A stretch of 64,000 nt of DNA from Candidatus Latescibacterota bacterium (GTDB lineage: Bacteria; Latescibacterota; UBA2968; GCA-2709665), in NCBI GenBank assembly GCA_965208835.1, contig OZ242358.1:416001-480000 (forward strand), given 5' to 3'. The notes beneath the pieces are model-generated. The model saw only the letters and a program-made list of their open reading frames with translations, was not told the origin of the DNA and searched no databases. This document shows, piece after piece, positions 39,244 to 48,780 of this stretch; the first letter of the stretch is position 1, and the number at the start of each line of letters is the position of its first letter. The position numbers were made by a program, and so were the translations under genes.

Positions 39244-40104
39244 ATGAACTTTACGCTCGGTCTGCCCAACGGCAGCATGCAGGATCCGCTGTGCGACCTG
39301 CTCTCCCGAATCGGTCTAGACGTTCGCCCAACGGGACGAAACGGACAGGTCTCCGTGGACGGCCTCGATCTTTTCAGTCAGGCCGTCTATATGCGTCCCC
39401 AGGACATTCCCGCCGCCCTGTTGAAGAGACAGATCGACTGCGGCATCTGCGGACTGGACTGTGTGGTCGAAGCCGAACTGGCGCAAGCGGGCGAATTCGA
39501 CACCCGGGTCCAGCGGCTTCAGGAGCTGCGCTTCAGCCGCGATACCCGAGACCCCGCCCGCGTCGTCCTGTTCGGCCGCCCCGATAGCCCGCGAATGTCG
39601 CAAAATGCGACAGTTACGATCAGTTCCGAATATCCCGCGATCACCCGCGACCGATATCCGAATGCGGACGTTGACTTTTCACACGGCAGCACGGAAATCA
39701 AGGTGGCGATGAAGCTCTTCGACTACGGCGTAGGCGTCACGATTACGGGCATCAGTCTGCGCGAAAACGGTCTCGAGATCGCCGATGAGTTCATGGTGTC
39801 ACCCATCGTCGTGATCGCGCGCAACCGAATTCCCGAATTCGTCGCCCTGGGAGACCTGATGGCCGGCGCGCTGGAGGCCGAAAACCAGCAACTCATCAAA
39901 CTGAATGTCGACAACCTTCAGAGAATTGCGGTCCTGGAGGCGCTGCCCGCCCGTCGCGCCCCCACGCTCAGCCGGTTATCGGACTGCGCCAGCGCTATCG
40001 AGGCCGTGGTGCCCAGATCGCAGACGGCCGGCCTTCTGATACGCCTCCGGACCCTGGGCGCGACGGACATTGTCGTGCAAGACATCAATGCCATTGTGGG
40101 ATAG
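39244..40104 (+). CDS. hisG: ATP phosphoribosyltransferase, long form (divergent)
   Basis: LGLP.GS.Q, RPQDIP, D.GI.G.D...E, FS.GSTE.K, TG.SLRENGL, C-terminal ACT-like KLNV..LPA..APT.S..GA.DI. Confidence 0.85.
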   Translation: MNFTLGLPNGSMQDPLCDLLSRIGLDVRPTGRNGQVSVDGLDLFSQAVYMRPQDIPAALLKRQIDCGICGLDCVVEAELAQAGEFDTRVQRLQELRFSRDTRDPARVVLFGRPDSPRMSQNATVTISSEYPAITRDRYPNADVDFSHGSTEIKVAMKLFDYGVGVTITGISLRENGLEIADEFMVSPIVVIARNRIPEFVALGDLMAGALEAENQQLIKLNVDNLQRIAVLEALPARRAPTLSRLSDCASAIEAVVPRSQTAGLLIRLRTLGATDIVVQDINAIVG

Positions 40105-40229
40105 CGGTGGCTGGTCCTTCGGGCTGAGCAGGGGATGCCGCGAGAGCGTGGCGGGAACGTGTAGCGGCGGGATGGTAGGGGTTGATAGCGGGAAAGTAGG
40201 GACACGCGAAGCGTCGTGAGGATCCGCGA

Positions 40230-41390
40230 CTACGTCGGCGGGACGATCGCCCCGCTCCACAGCCGGTCGAGGAAATCCCGCCAGGGCAGGATCAGAATAC
40301 CGTCCGCGGTCCGGCGGGGACTCGCCTCCCGCGAAACGACGAGAAACAGGGCTACGTTGAACTCTTCTTTGAATGCGCGAATCCCCTTCAGGTGCCTGTC
40401 CTGGATCCGGGACGTGGACTTGACCTCGAGTGCGACGTCGCCAAAGATGAAGTCGACTTCGCGGCCTGACGTCGTACGCCAATAGGATATCGGGAAAAAT
40501 GTCCCGGAATAGCTGGAATACGCGGACAATTCCATGAATATGAAATGTTCGAAAGCGCGTCCGAACAGCTCCGAACCCGGCTGGACATGCCCACGTCCTG
40601 TCAGGTGCGCCACCACGCCAATATCGAAGAAATAGAACCGGGGCGCGCTGACTACGCGGCGCTTGGCGCGTCTGCGAAACGCCGGTACGAAGCTCCCGAT
40701 CAGAGTATCTTCCAGGATCTGGAAATAGCCCTTCGCGGTGGGCGCGCTCACACCGCATTCCGCGGCGATCGTGTTGTAATTGATCAACTCGCCGTTCGAC
40801 AGCGCAGCCACCTCGAGGAACCGGCTGAACGCGGGGATATTCCGCGTCAACGCTTCGGCCGCGATTTCCTCCCGAAGGTAATCGCCGACATAGGCCTGAA
40901 TCAACCGGCGCGGCCGGGCGCTCCGGTAATGCCGGGGCAGCAGACCGGCATTCAGTGCCTTTTCGAGCGAAAATTCCGGGATCTCGGCAGCAACAAATGG
41001 ATGCAGCTGATATCGGACCGCCCGTCCGCCGAGCAGATTGCCGCCGCCGCGTTTCAACTTCCTCGCGCTCGAACCACACAAGAGAAAACGCAGCCCCCTG
41101 TTTTCCCCGAGCCAGTGCACCTCATTCAGTAGGTCGGGAATCCTCTGCACTTCGTCGATCACAATGGGATCGTCCTGCGAGTCGCCGTCCAATCCTGCAG
41201 CGAGACATTCCTCGCGAATCAACTCGGGGCGGTCGACCAGCGCACGATACACGTCTGCCAGCAGGAGGTCGTAACGCCTTGCCCGGGGAAACAACGAACG
41301 GATGAGCGTGCTCTTGCCGGTCTGCCGCGGCCCCCACAGGAAGCACGTCTGTTCTCCCGTCAAATCTAAATTTAATATTCGATTATACAT
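40230..41390 (-). CDS. AAA_14 ATPase with DUF4143 domain
   Basis: WGPRQTGKST Walker A, IDEVQ Walker B, GSSARKL, FYFFD.GV, YWRT..G.EVDF..A.EVK. Confidence 0.9.
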   Translation of the reverse strand: MYNRILNLDLTGEQTCFLWGPRQTGKSTLIRSLFPRARRYDLLLADVYRALVDRPELIREECLAAGLDGDSQDDPIVIDEVQRIPDLLNEVHWLGENRGLRFLLCGSSARKLKRGGGNLLGGRAVRYQLHPFVAAEIPEFSLEKALNAGLLPRHYRSARPRRLIQAYVGDYLREEIAAEALTRNIPAFSRFLEVAALSNGELINYNTIAAECGVSAPTAKGYFQILEDTLIGSFVPAFRRRAKRRVVSAPRFYFFDIGVVAHLTGRGHVQPGSELFGRAFEHFIFMELSAYSSYSGTFFPISYWRTTSGREVDFIFGDVALEVKSTSRIQDRHLKGIRAFKEEFNVALFLVVSREASPRRTADGILILPWRDFLDRLWSGAIVPPT

Positions 41391-41503
41391 GAATATCTAA
41401 AATAGATATTTGGATATTCAATGTCAATCCGAATTTTCGATATCGTGTCCGGAGCGGCTCTGTCAGGTTCTACCGTACCGGAAACTGTTACGCCAGGATA
41501 TGA

Positions 41504-41665
41504 ATGAAGCCACCGGCAACACAATCGCACGGACACCTTGCAGCCCGGAAGCACATTCAACCTGACCGCGGGGTTTACCTCAACCTGGACCTGGACGCCG
41601 CCGCAGGCGATCTGTCTGTCTCCCCGCTCGGCCTCCTTCCCATAGATCCGACCCCATCGTCCTGA
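41504..41665 (+). pseudogene. Possible remnant of a cohesin-like domain gene
   Basis: 53-codon frame containing LAARK..VYLNLDLDAAAGD, resembling the VLSLDLIADGGAGN start of the cohesin-like domain near 46920. Confidence 0.25.
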
Positions 41666-41769
41666 ATCTCCGCAGGGTCACTGAAGGTGAGTCACAGGAA
41701 TAAGGCATATAGACAATAGCACGAACAGCATTCCCGCCTCGTCAGTCGATTCCACTACCCCTCCGACTC

Positions 41770-41944
41770 CGTAACCGCGGTCTTGCGCTGCGGCGGCCCG
41801 AGCGGCTAACTTCACTTGGGTCTCTTCGTCTTCCGCCGTGAAGGCCCTGCCCGCCTCCTTCTCCGCCAGAAAAACCGCACCCACTCCCTCGTCTCGATGG
41901 CAGATCGGCGTCACCAGACGCGTCAGTTTCGGACTCACCGGCAT
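41770..41944 (-). pseudogene. GAF-domain sensor fragment
   Basis: TPICHRDEGVGAVFLAEKEAGRAFTAEDEETQVKLAARAAAA matches the C-terminal half of a GAF domain; the rest of the gene is absent. Confidence 0.6.
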
Positions 41945-42521
41945 TGCCGGATGAGATTCGGACAGACCAAGGCGCCGTACGCGACAGTGCGTATCTCCAC
42001 GCCTCAGCGGTTCGTCTATGAAGGCGAAGTATCCAAACAGGGCCTCGTCTTACCTGCCGTTGAACCGGCACTTGCGAGTCCCATCTGGACTGGGCAATGG
42101 GATCGTCATGAAAAACTCATATATTGTATCTTAAATCTAAGTAAAAAATCACAAATAAATCCGAAAATTTCATTATTATTGTGTACACTTACTTCGGTCC
42201 AGGAACGGACGGTCACTGAGGCATACGGGTGGAAAAATGGCGCATTGTGCGAATGATCGACCATAACCGCACACAATATTCCGTGTTCGTCCGCCGGGCC
42301 CTGAATCCTGCCGATCAAGCTATTATTCGTACCTCATATCGAAAAAAATGTAGCCAGTGACAAATACAGGACGATTCGACAATCATTCGTTATTGACCTG
42401 ATCGGCACAACCAGAGCATTCTTTATTTATGCGTTCGACACGTAATCCACAGCTCACTCGATAGTGAAAGCCACGCGACGCATCTGAATTGACTTCATTC
42501 AGGATTACTCGAATACGGCCT

Positions 42522-42675
42522 CAGGGCGACTCACGAGGGGACAGGAAAGACCGTTCATTGCACGTGATGGGAGCGGTCGAAAGGCGGCCTTGCCGTTGGG
42601 CGTCAGCCGCCTGAAGGGCAACGGCGTGCCGGCAGAGGTGGCAACCGAGTTGCCGGTATTGCCCTGCCGCTCCCA
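42522..42675 (+). ncRNA. Candidate multi-stem structured leader upstream of the modular-protein array
   Basis: Closing stem CAGGGCGA/TTGCCCTG with internal stems GACCGTTC/GAGCGGTC, GCCGTTG/CAACGGC, TGCCGGCA/TGCCGGTA; no known family matched. Confidence 0.3.
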
Positions 42676-42709
42676 CGCTTACCCCGGCTGATTCCTAAGG
42701 GCTGCCTTG

Positions 42710-45700
42710 ATGAATTCGTTGGTTAAAAATCCGGCTTTTCATTTGCTGTTTGGGCTGTTTCTCGTCTCGCCCGCGACCGCCGACGATGCCAGCGAGAGCC
42801 GATGGCCCTCGGCCGAGCGCCCGCTGGGCAGGTCTGAAGCGGCGGCCCGCAAGGCGGTGATGCAGTTCGTACAGCAACATCTCCGCACCCCGCCCGCGTC
42901 CGTGCGTGCGCACCCCGCGGCCGCAGATTTTCCGGGCTCCGTCCCGGCTGATGCCCCGCGCATCACGCGCACCGTCACCATTCACGCCACCGAACCTGTT
43001 GGGCACGCCACGAGTCCATATTCGGAGCCGCATGAGTCTCGCTGGCATTCCACCGGCCTCTACGCCGCGCCGGGCGAACTTGTCAAGGTGACTGTGCCGG
43101 CCGCGGTCGCAAGTGCCGGGCGATTCCACGTGCGCGTGGGCGTCCACAAAGGGGATATCTCGGTCCGCGAAGAATGGACGCGCATGCCCGTGATCAGCCG
43201 CCGCTTCCGGGTCGTCTCGGTCACAACCCTGGTCGCCAATGCGTTCGGTGGCCTGATCTACATCGAAGTTCCGCATAGAGCCGACCTCGGAGAAATCGCC
43301 GTCACGATCGAAGGCGCCGTGGCCGCGCCCCTGTTCGTGCTGGGAGAGACGGACCCCGCACAATGGCGCAACGCAATCCGCCATGCACCCGGTCCGTGGG
43401 CGGAGATCGCGGGGAGAAACATGATCGTCACCACGCCTTCATCTGAAGTACGCGGTCTGGACGACCCGGCAACTGTGGCGGAGACCTGGGACCGCATACT
43501 CGACCTGAACGCGGATCTGGCCGCCTGGCCATCGCCCGCGCGCTTGAGACGGGAGCGGTTCGTCGTGGACCGGCAGCTCCCGCGGGGCTATATGCTTTCC
43601 GGCTATCCCATCAGTGCGCATATGGATCAATCGGCCCACCTCGTCGATGCGCCGCACATTTCCACAGGCAAGTACGATCGGACACAGAGCAATTGGGGTT
43701 TCTTCCACGAGGTGGGCCACAACCACCAGAGTGCTGACTGGACGTTTAGAGGCACGGTCGAAGTGACCGTCAACCTGTTCACACTGTACGTTTACGAGTA
43801 CCTGTGCGGAATCCCGGTCACCGAAAGCTACTACGGCTGGGCCGATGTGCGATCGCGGGAGATGATCGCGCGTTACGACTACGAAAACCCGGACTTCGAG
43901 CAGTGGAAACGAGCGCCGGCATTCGCCCTGTTCACGTACATCCAGCTGCAGCAGGAGTTCGGCTGGGACGCCTTCCGGCAGGTGTTCGCCACGTACCGCG
44001 CCCTGCCGGACGCCGAGCGCCCGAAGAGCGACGACGAGAAGCGCGACCAGTGGCTGGTCCGGTTCTCCCGGCAGGTTGGCCGCAACCTCGGGCCGTTTTT
44101 CGAAGGGTGGGGCGTCCCAACGTCGCAGGCCGCACGGGCCTCGATCGCGAACCTCCCCGTGTGGCTGCCGCCCGGTTCTCCTTCCAAACTGGAGATCATC
44201 TCCGGCGATGGACAGCAGGGCCCGTCCGGGAAGGCACTGCCGCGGCCCCTGGTGGTGGAAGTGCGCGATCAGTACGGCAATCTCATGCCGGATGCGGTCG
44301 TCACCTTCACGGTGACGGCCGGCGACGGCAGGCTCAGCGGCCGTTTCAAGGTCGAACACGTGAAAACCGATACCAACGGAAGGGCCGAAACGCCGCTGAC
44401 TCTGGGTCCCCATCCGGGTCGAAACATCGTCATCGTGACCCTTGGCGATCGGGAAATGGGGACAATTACCGCCGAGGGCGTGGGCGCAGGCGTGACGGAA
44501 CTGGATGGAGACTATCGCACCTGGCATCTGCCGGCGCAGGCGACGGCGCGTCTGGGAAAGGGCGCCATGGGGGAAGGCGATCGTGCGGTGGCCCTTTCGC
44601 CGGACGGCCGCACACTGGCCGTTGCCAGCCACGTTGGCGTGTGGGTGTACGAAACGGGTACATTCCGGCCTCGGGCGCTGCTGCCCACGAGGCTTCCGGT
44701 ATTCTCGGTGGCGATTTCGTCCAGAGGCGTCCTTGCGGCCGGAACGCAACATGGCGGGGTTTTTTTGCGGTCTGTGGCAACGGGCTCGCGAGTCGGGACA
44801 CTCAGGCATTCGGGATACGTCACCTCTGTCGTTTTTTCGCCGGATGGAACTCGCCTGGCTTCCGGGTCGTGGGACCATACCATCAAGATATGGGACGTCG
44901 AGTCGAGGCGCGAGTTGAGCGAATGGGAAGTGCAGCAGACGAACGAAATTCATTCCTTCATCTCGGTGGACTTCTCCCCGGACGGGAGGCTGCTGGCCTC
45001 CGGGTTTCAGGACGGCACCGTCGGACTCTGGGATGTGGCCGCACAGGCGGAAGTGGGCACTCTGAAAGGGCACACGGACCGGGTCACTTCGGTGTCGTTT
45101 TCCCCCAACGGCGCGCTGGTGGCATCGGGTTCGGGCGACCGTACCGTCAGGCTATGGGACGTGGGAGGACAGACCGAGGTCGCCGTAATGAGAGGGCACG
45201 CGGGTCCGGTACACTCCGTGTCGTATTCTCCTGCCGGCGACGTTTTGGCCTCGGGGTCGTGGGACCGTACGGTCCGGCTGTGGGACGTTTCGACTGGAGA
45301 CCTGATCTCAACCTTCGATAAACACAAGGGCGCGGTTCGTTCGGTTTCGTTTTCCTCCGACGGCGCCACCCTCGTCTCCGGGTCGGCGGACGGCATGGTA
45401 CTGCTGCGAGACCTGAAGACGGGCAATGCAGCCGGTCTCTCCGGTCACGAACCCTTGAACTCGATGACGCTCTCCAGTGATGGGGTTACTCTGGCTATGA
45501 GCTATCGGGACGGCACGATCAGGCTGTGGGATGCGGTCACGATGGCGAGGATTGCCACGCTGCAGGGGCATAGTTCCTGGGTCACTTCCGTTTCGTTTTC
45601 CTCCGACGGCGCCCTCCTGGCTTCCGGGTCGTGGGACAACAACGTGAAGTTATGGGACGTCGGATCTCGAGACCTGATCGGTACTCTGGAAGGGCATAGT

Positions 45701-46492
45701 TCCTGGGTGGCTTCCGTTTCGTTTTCCTCCGACGGCGCCCTCCTGGCGTCCGGGTCATCGGATAAAACCGTGAGGTTATGGGACGTGAGATCGCGAGTGC
45801 AGGTCGGTACACTTGAAGGGCACACAGATGCGGTATACGGGGTGTCCTTTTCCCCGGACGGTGCGGTCCTCGCTTCGGCGGGCAGTGGAGACAAGACGGT
45901 GAAGCTGTGGGACGTGCGCACGAGAAATCTGATCGAAACCCTGGAAGGACATCAGTCCCCGGTCGATGTCGTGTCGTTCTCGCCCGATGGAGGGATACTC
46001 GCTTCCGGTTCGCGCCGCACCCTCAAGCTGTGGGACACGGGTACCTGGGAACCGATCGGCGACATGGAAGGGGGCAGGGCCGCGGCTTTGTCGTTCTACC
46101 GCGACGGGACGATACTGGCTTCCAGTTCATCAGGCGCAGTCCGGCTGCGGGACGTCGCTTCAAGACGGATCCTCGCCAATCTGTACGGACACACCGGCCA
46201 CGTCCATTCTGTGGCGTTTTCAGATGACGGCCACGTCCTGGCCTCGGGCGCATCGGATGGTACCGTGCTACTGTGGGATGTTTCCCGGTATATCGCGCCA
46301 TCCGTCCCCAATCCGGACTTCGACGGCGACGGGACCGTGGGCTTTTCCGACTTTCTGCAATTCGCGGAACATTACGGACTACGTAATTTCGACGACGCAT
46401 TTGACGCTCGATTCGATCTGGACGGAAACGGAACCATCGGGTTCAGCGACTTCCTGATCCTGGCGGAAAGCTTCGGCAAGAGCTCGAACTGA
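42710..46492 (+). CDS. Secreted M60-like (enhancin-type) metallopeptidase + Ig-like + WD40 repeats + dockerin-like double EF-hand
   Basis: Signal peptide; WHSTGLYA.PGE, FGGLIYI, PWAE, WGFFHEVGHNHQ..EVTVNLF; LEIISGDGQQG Ig module; more than ten GH..WD repeats; PDFDGDGTVGFSDFL..FDLDGNGTIGFSDFL tail. Confidence 0.9.
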   Translation: MNSLVKNPAFHLLFGLFLVSPATADDASESRWPSAERPLGRSEAAARKAVMQFVQQHLRTPPASVRAHPAAADFPGSVPADAPRITRTVTIHATEPVGHATSPYSEPHESRWHSTGLYAAPGELVKVTVPAAVASAGRFHVRVGVHKGDISVREEWTRMPVISRRFRVVSVTTLVANAFGGLIYIEVPHRADLGEIAVTIEGAVAAPLFVLGETDPAQWRNAIRHAPGPWAEIAGRNMIVTTPSSEVRGLDDPATVAETWDRILDLNADLAAWPSPARLRRERFVVDRQLPRGYMLSGYPISAHMDQSAHLVDAPHISTGKYDRTQSNWGFFHEVGHNHQSADWTFRGTVEVTVNLFTLYVYEYLCGIPVTESYYGWADVRSREMIARYDYENPDFEQWKRAPAFALFTYIQLQQEFGWDAFRQVFATYRALPDAERPKSDDEKRDQWLVRFSRQVGRNLGPFFEGWGVPTSQAARASIANLPVWLPPGSPSKLEIISGDGQQGPSGKALPRPLVVEVRDQYGNLMPDAVVTFTVTAGDGRLSGRFKVEHVKTDTNGRAETPLTLGPHPGRNIVIVTLGDREMGTITAEGVGAGVTELDGDYRTWHLPAQATARLGKGAMGEGDRAVALSPDGRTLAVASHVGVWVYETGTFRPRALLPTRLPVFSVAISSRGVLAAGTQHGGVFLRSVATGSRVGTLRHSGYVTSVVFSPDGTRLASGSWDHTIKIWDVESRRELSEWEVQQTNEIHSFISVDFSPDGRLLASGFQDGTVGLWDVAAQAEVGTLKGHTDRVTSVSFSPNGALVASGSGDRTVRLWDVGGQTEVAVMRGHAGPVHSVSYSPAGDVLASGSWDRTVRLWDVSTGDLISTFDKHKGAVRSVSFSSDGATLVSGSADGMVLLRDLKTGNAAGLSGHEPLNSMTLSSDGVTLAMSYRDGTIRLWDAVTMARIATLQGHSSWVTSVSFSSDGALLASGSWDNNVKLWDVGSRDLIGTLEGHSSWVASVSFSSDGALLASGSSDKTVRLWDVRSRVQVGTLEGHTDAVYGVSFSPDGAVLASAGSGDKTVKLWDVRTRNLIETLEGHQSPVDVVSFSPDGGILASGSRRTLKLWDTGTWEPIGDMEGGRAAALSFYRDGTILASSSSGAVRLRDVASRRILANLYGHTGHVHSVAFSDDGHVLASGASDGTVLLWDVSRYIAPSVPNPDFDGDGTVGFSDFLQFAEHYGLRNFDDAFDARFDLDGNGTIGFSDFLILAESFGKSSN

Positions 46493-46542
46493 TCGTTGAA
46501 CGTGACAACCAACCGCCTTTGGCTGTTGTCGAATTTCCGCGC
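46493..46542 (+). repeat. Conserved 3' flank shared with 60302-60352
   Basis: TCGTTGAAC.T.ACAACC.AC.GCCT.TGGC.GTT...GA.TTTCCGCGC directly after both stop codons. Confidence 0.7.
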
Positions 46543-46712
46543 AGGAAATGACGGTGGGCGGGTCGGCGGCGAAGCCGGACGTCTGGCGGTTGCGCAGAAA
46601 CGTCTCCACTGCGACAGGCATCGGCAGTGCTTTTGCCGTGCAACGGGGGCTGCACTGGTCGCTGACCGGACCAGAGTGTTTTTATCGAAATTGATAAATG
46701 GGAGGATTCGCT

Positions 46713-48752
46713 ATGAATCCCGTATTTCGCCTGTTGTTGATTGCAGTTGTTAGCCTATTCGTGTTAACAGGTGCAGTTCTCGTCGTGTCCGGCGAAGACG
46801 GGGTTTCGTCTCTTGCCCTGATTGCCGGCGGTGGGTCGGCTACCGGCGGGGATGGCGACTCCGTCGAGGGTACGTTGCCCGGACGCGGCGCGAAAATCGC
46901 GTTGGGCAACAATGCGAATGCGGTCTTGTCGCTTGACCTGATCGCCGACGGCGGGGCGGGCAACCGGGTGGATGACGGCCTGACCACAGGCGCAGTGGCG
47001 GGGCGCGGCACGAAGATCGCCCTGGAAGTCTTCGCCACGGGGGTCACGACGACTCTGCGCGGCGTCATCCTCAGATTCGACTTCGATGCCTCTCTCGTGT
47101 CTTTCGTCAAAGCCGAAAACAGCGCATTTTCCTTTTCGCTGCCCGAGGGATCCGTCGGCGCAGCCCTCGCAGCCACTGCGCCCGCGACATTGGCGTCCTC
47201 GGGATTCCTGGCGCGCGCGGAGTTCGAGACGGTCGCGGATGTGTCTGGTCGGGTGTTTTCCATCGGCATCGAGTCCGTCACCCTCGCCGAAAGTTCGACG
47301 TCCAGCGACGTACTCAGGACAAGCAGTGAGATCTCGTTCAACTCAGCGCCGTCCCCCGACTTCGACGGCGACGGGACCGTCGGCTTTTCGGACTTCCTGA
47401 CTTTCGCGGGCGCGTTCGGGTCGAGTCAGGGCGATGAGAAGTACAATGCCGCACAGGATTTGAATTCCGATGGTTCTGTCGACTTTACGGATTTTCTCAT
47501 CTTTGCCGGCGCCTTCGGTAGTCAGGTCCCGCCCTCCGGCGGCGGTGGGACGCCTTCCGACGGCGGAGAGACTGTGACCATTGCGGATGCCAATCTGCGT
47601 GCTGTGATCGCAGATAGCCTGGGCAAGCCGCCGGATGCGCCGATTTCCCGTTCCGAGATGGCGACCTTGAAACGTATTGATGCGCCCAATATGGGGATTC
47701 GTAACCTCAGAGGTCTCGAATTTGCCACCGGTTTGCGGGGCCTGAACCTCGGTCGAGTGCGGGCGGAAGGAGGGGGGAAGTGGGTCAACAGCAACGATAT
47801 ATCCGACCTCTCGCCCCTCTCCGGCTTGACAAACCTGGCATATCTGGATCTCTATAAAAACAGCATCTCGGATATATCCGACCTCTCCGGCTTGACCGGC
47901 TTGACAGACCTGTTCCTTAACGAGAACAGCATCTCGAATCTATCCGCGCTATCCACTTTGACCAACCTGGCGAGGCTGGGACTCAGCCAGAATAGGATCT
48001 CGGATATATCCGCGTTATCCAACTTGACCGGACTTTTCTATCTGGATCTTTTCGAAAACAGCATCTCGAATCTATCCGGGCTATCCACCTTGACCAACCT
48101 GACCTGGCTGTATCTGGATTACAACAGTATCTCTGATATTTCTCCGTTGTCCACCTTGACCAACCTGACACGGCTGGGTCTCGAAAACAACAGTATCTCG
48201 AGTGTTTCCGCACTGTCCAACTTGACCGACCTCGTGAATCTGGTTCTCTGGAACAACAGCATTTCAGACATCTCCGCACTGTCCAACTTGACCGGCATCA
48301 AATACCTGTACCTCAACCAGAACAATATCTCTGGTATATCTGCGTTGTCCAACTTGACCAACCTGGAAATCCTGGGCCTGGAAGACAACCGCATCTCGGA
48401 TGTTTCGCCATTGGTGGCAAACACGGGTCTGGGTACCGGAGATATAGTAAATTTGAAGAGCAATCCCTTGAGCAATACATCGCGAAACACGCACATTCCA
48501 ACCCTTCAGCGCCGAGGCGTCAAAGTAGAATTCGATGGCGGCACGTCCAACCTGGGCGCTTGCCGCGTCGGGCTGGTCGTACAGCCCAACCAGAGCTGTA
48601 CCGTCAGCGGCGGGTCGCTTACAAATGTCGGCAGCGGATGTGTCAACTATTCACCGTTCGGCACCGGTAGGATTTGCAGTGCGAGTTTCAACCTGAACGG
48701 TTTGCAGGGCACACGTGTCGGTAGTGATTTTCGAATCACTGCTGTGCCTTAA
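46713..48752 (+). CDS. Secreted or anchored cohesin-like + dockerin-like + internalin-type LRR protein with Cys-rich C-terminus
   Basis: Hydrophobic N-terminus; beta-sandwich LSLDL..FDFD..L.F..LARAEF..IGI..VTL; DFDGDG..DLNSDG EF pair; I.DANLRA.I cap; about ten 22-aa LTNL..L.L..NSIS.IS.L repeats; 4 Cys in tail. Confidence 0.85.
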   Translation: MNPVFRLLLIAVVSLFVLTGAVLVVSGEDGVSSLALIAGGGSATGGDGDSVEGTLPGRGAKIALGNNANAVLSLDLIADGGAGNRVDDGLTTGAVAGRGTKIALEVFATGVTTTLRGVILRFDFDASLVSFVKAENSAFSFSLPEGSVGAALAATAPATLASSGFLARAEFETVADVSGRVFSIGIESVTLAESSTSSDVLRTSSEISFNSAPSPDFDGDGTVGFSDFLTFAGAFGSSQGDEKYNAAQDLNSDGSVDFTDFLIFAGAFGSQVPPSGGGGTPSDGGETVTIADANLRAVIADSLGKPPDAPISRSEMATLKRIDAPNMGIRNLRGLEFATGLRGLNLGRVRAEGGGKWVNSNDISDLSPLSGLTNLAYLDLYKNSISDISDLSGLTGLTDLFLNENSISNLSALSTLTNLARLGLSQNRISDISALSNLTGLFYLDLFENSISNLSGLSTLTNLTWLYLDYNSISDISPLSTLTNLTRLGLENNSISSVSALSNLTDLVNLVLWNNSISDISALSNLTGIKYLYLNQNNISGISALSNLTNLEILGLEDNRISDVSPLVANTGLGTGDIVNLKSNPLSNTSRNTHIPTLQRRGVKVEFDGGTSNLGACRVGLVVQPNQSCTVSGGSLTNVGSGCVNYSPFGTGRICSASFNLNGLQGTRVGSDFRITAVP

Positions 48753-48780
48753 TCCCGCCGCACAAAAGGAGAACGTCCGG

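Noticed and set aside
42522-42675. c-di-GMP-I, lysine riboswitch or hammerhead call
   Set aside because: Only isolated fragments resemble these (GAAAGG..GCCG, GTTGCCG, CTGAAG); conserved cores and spacing do not match, so it is kept only as an unassigned candidate.
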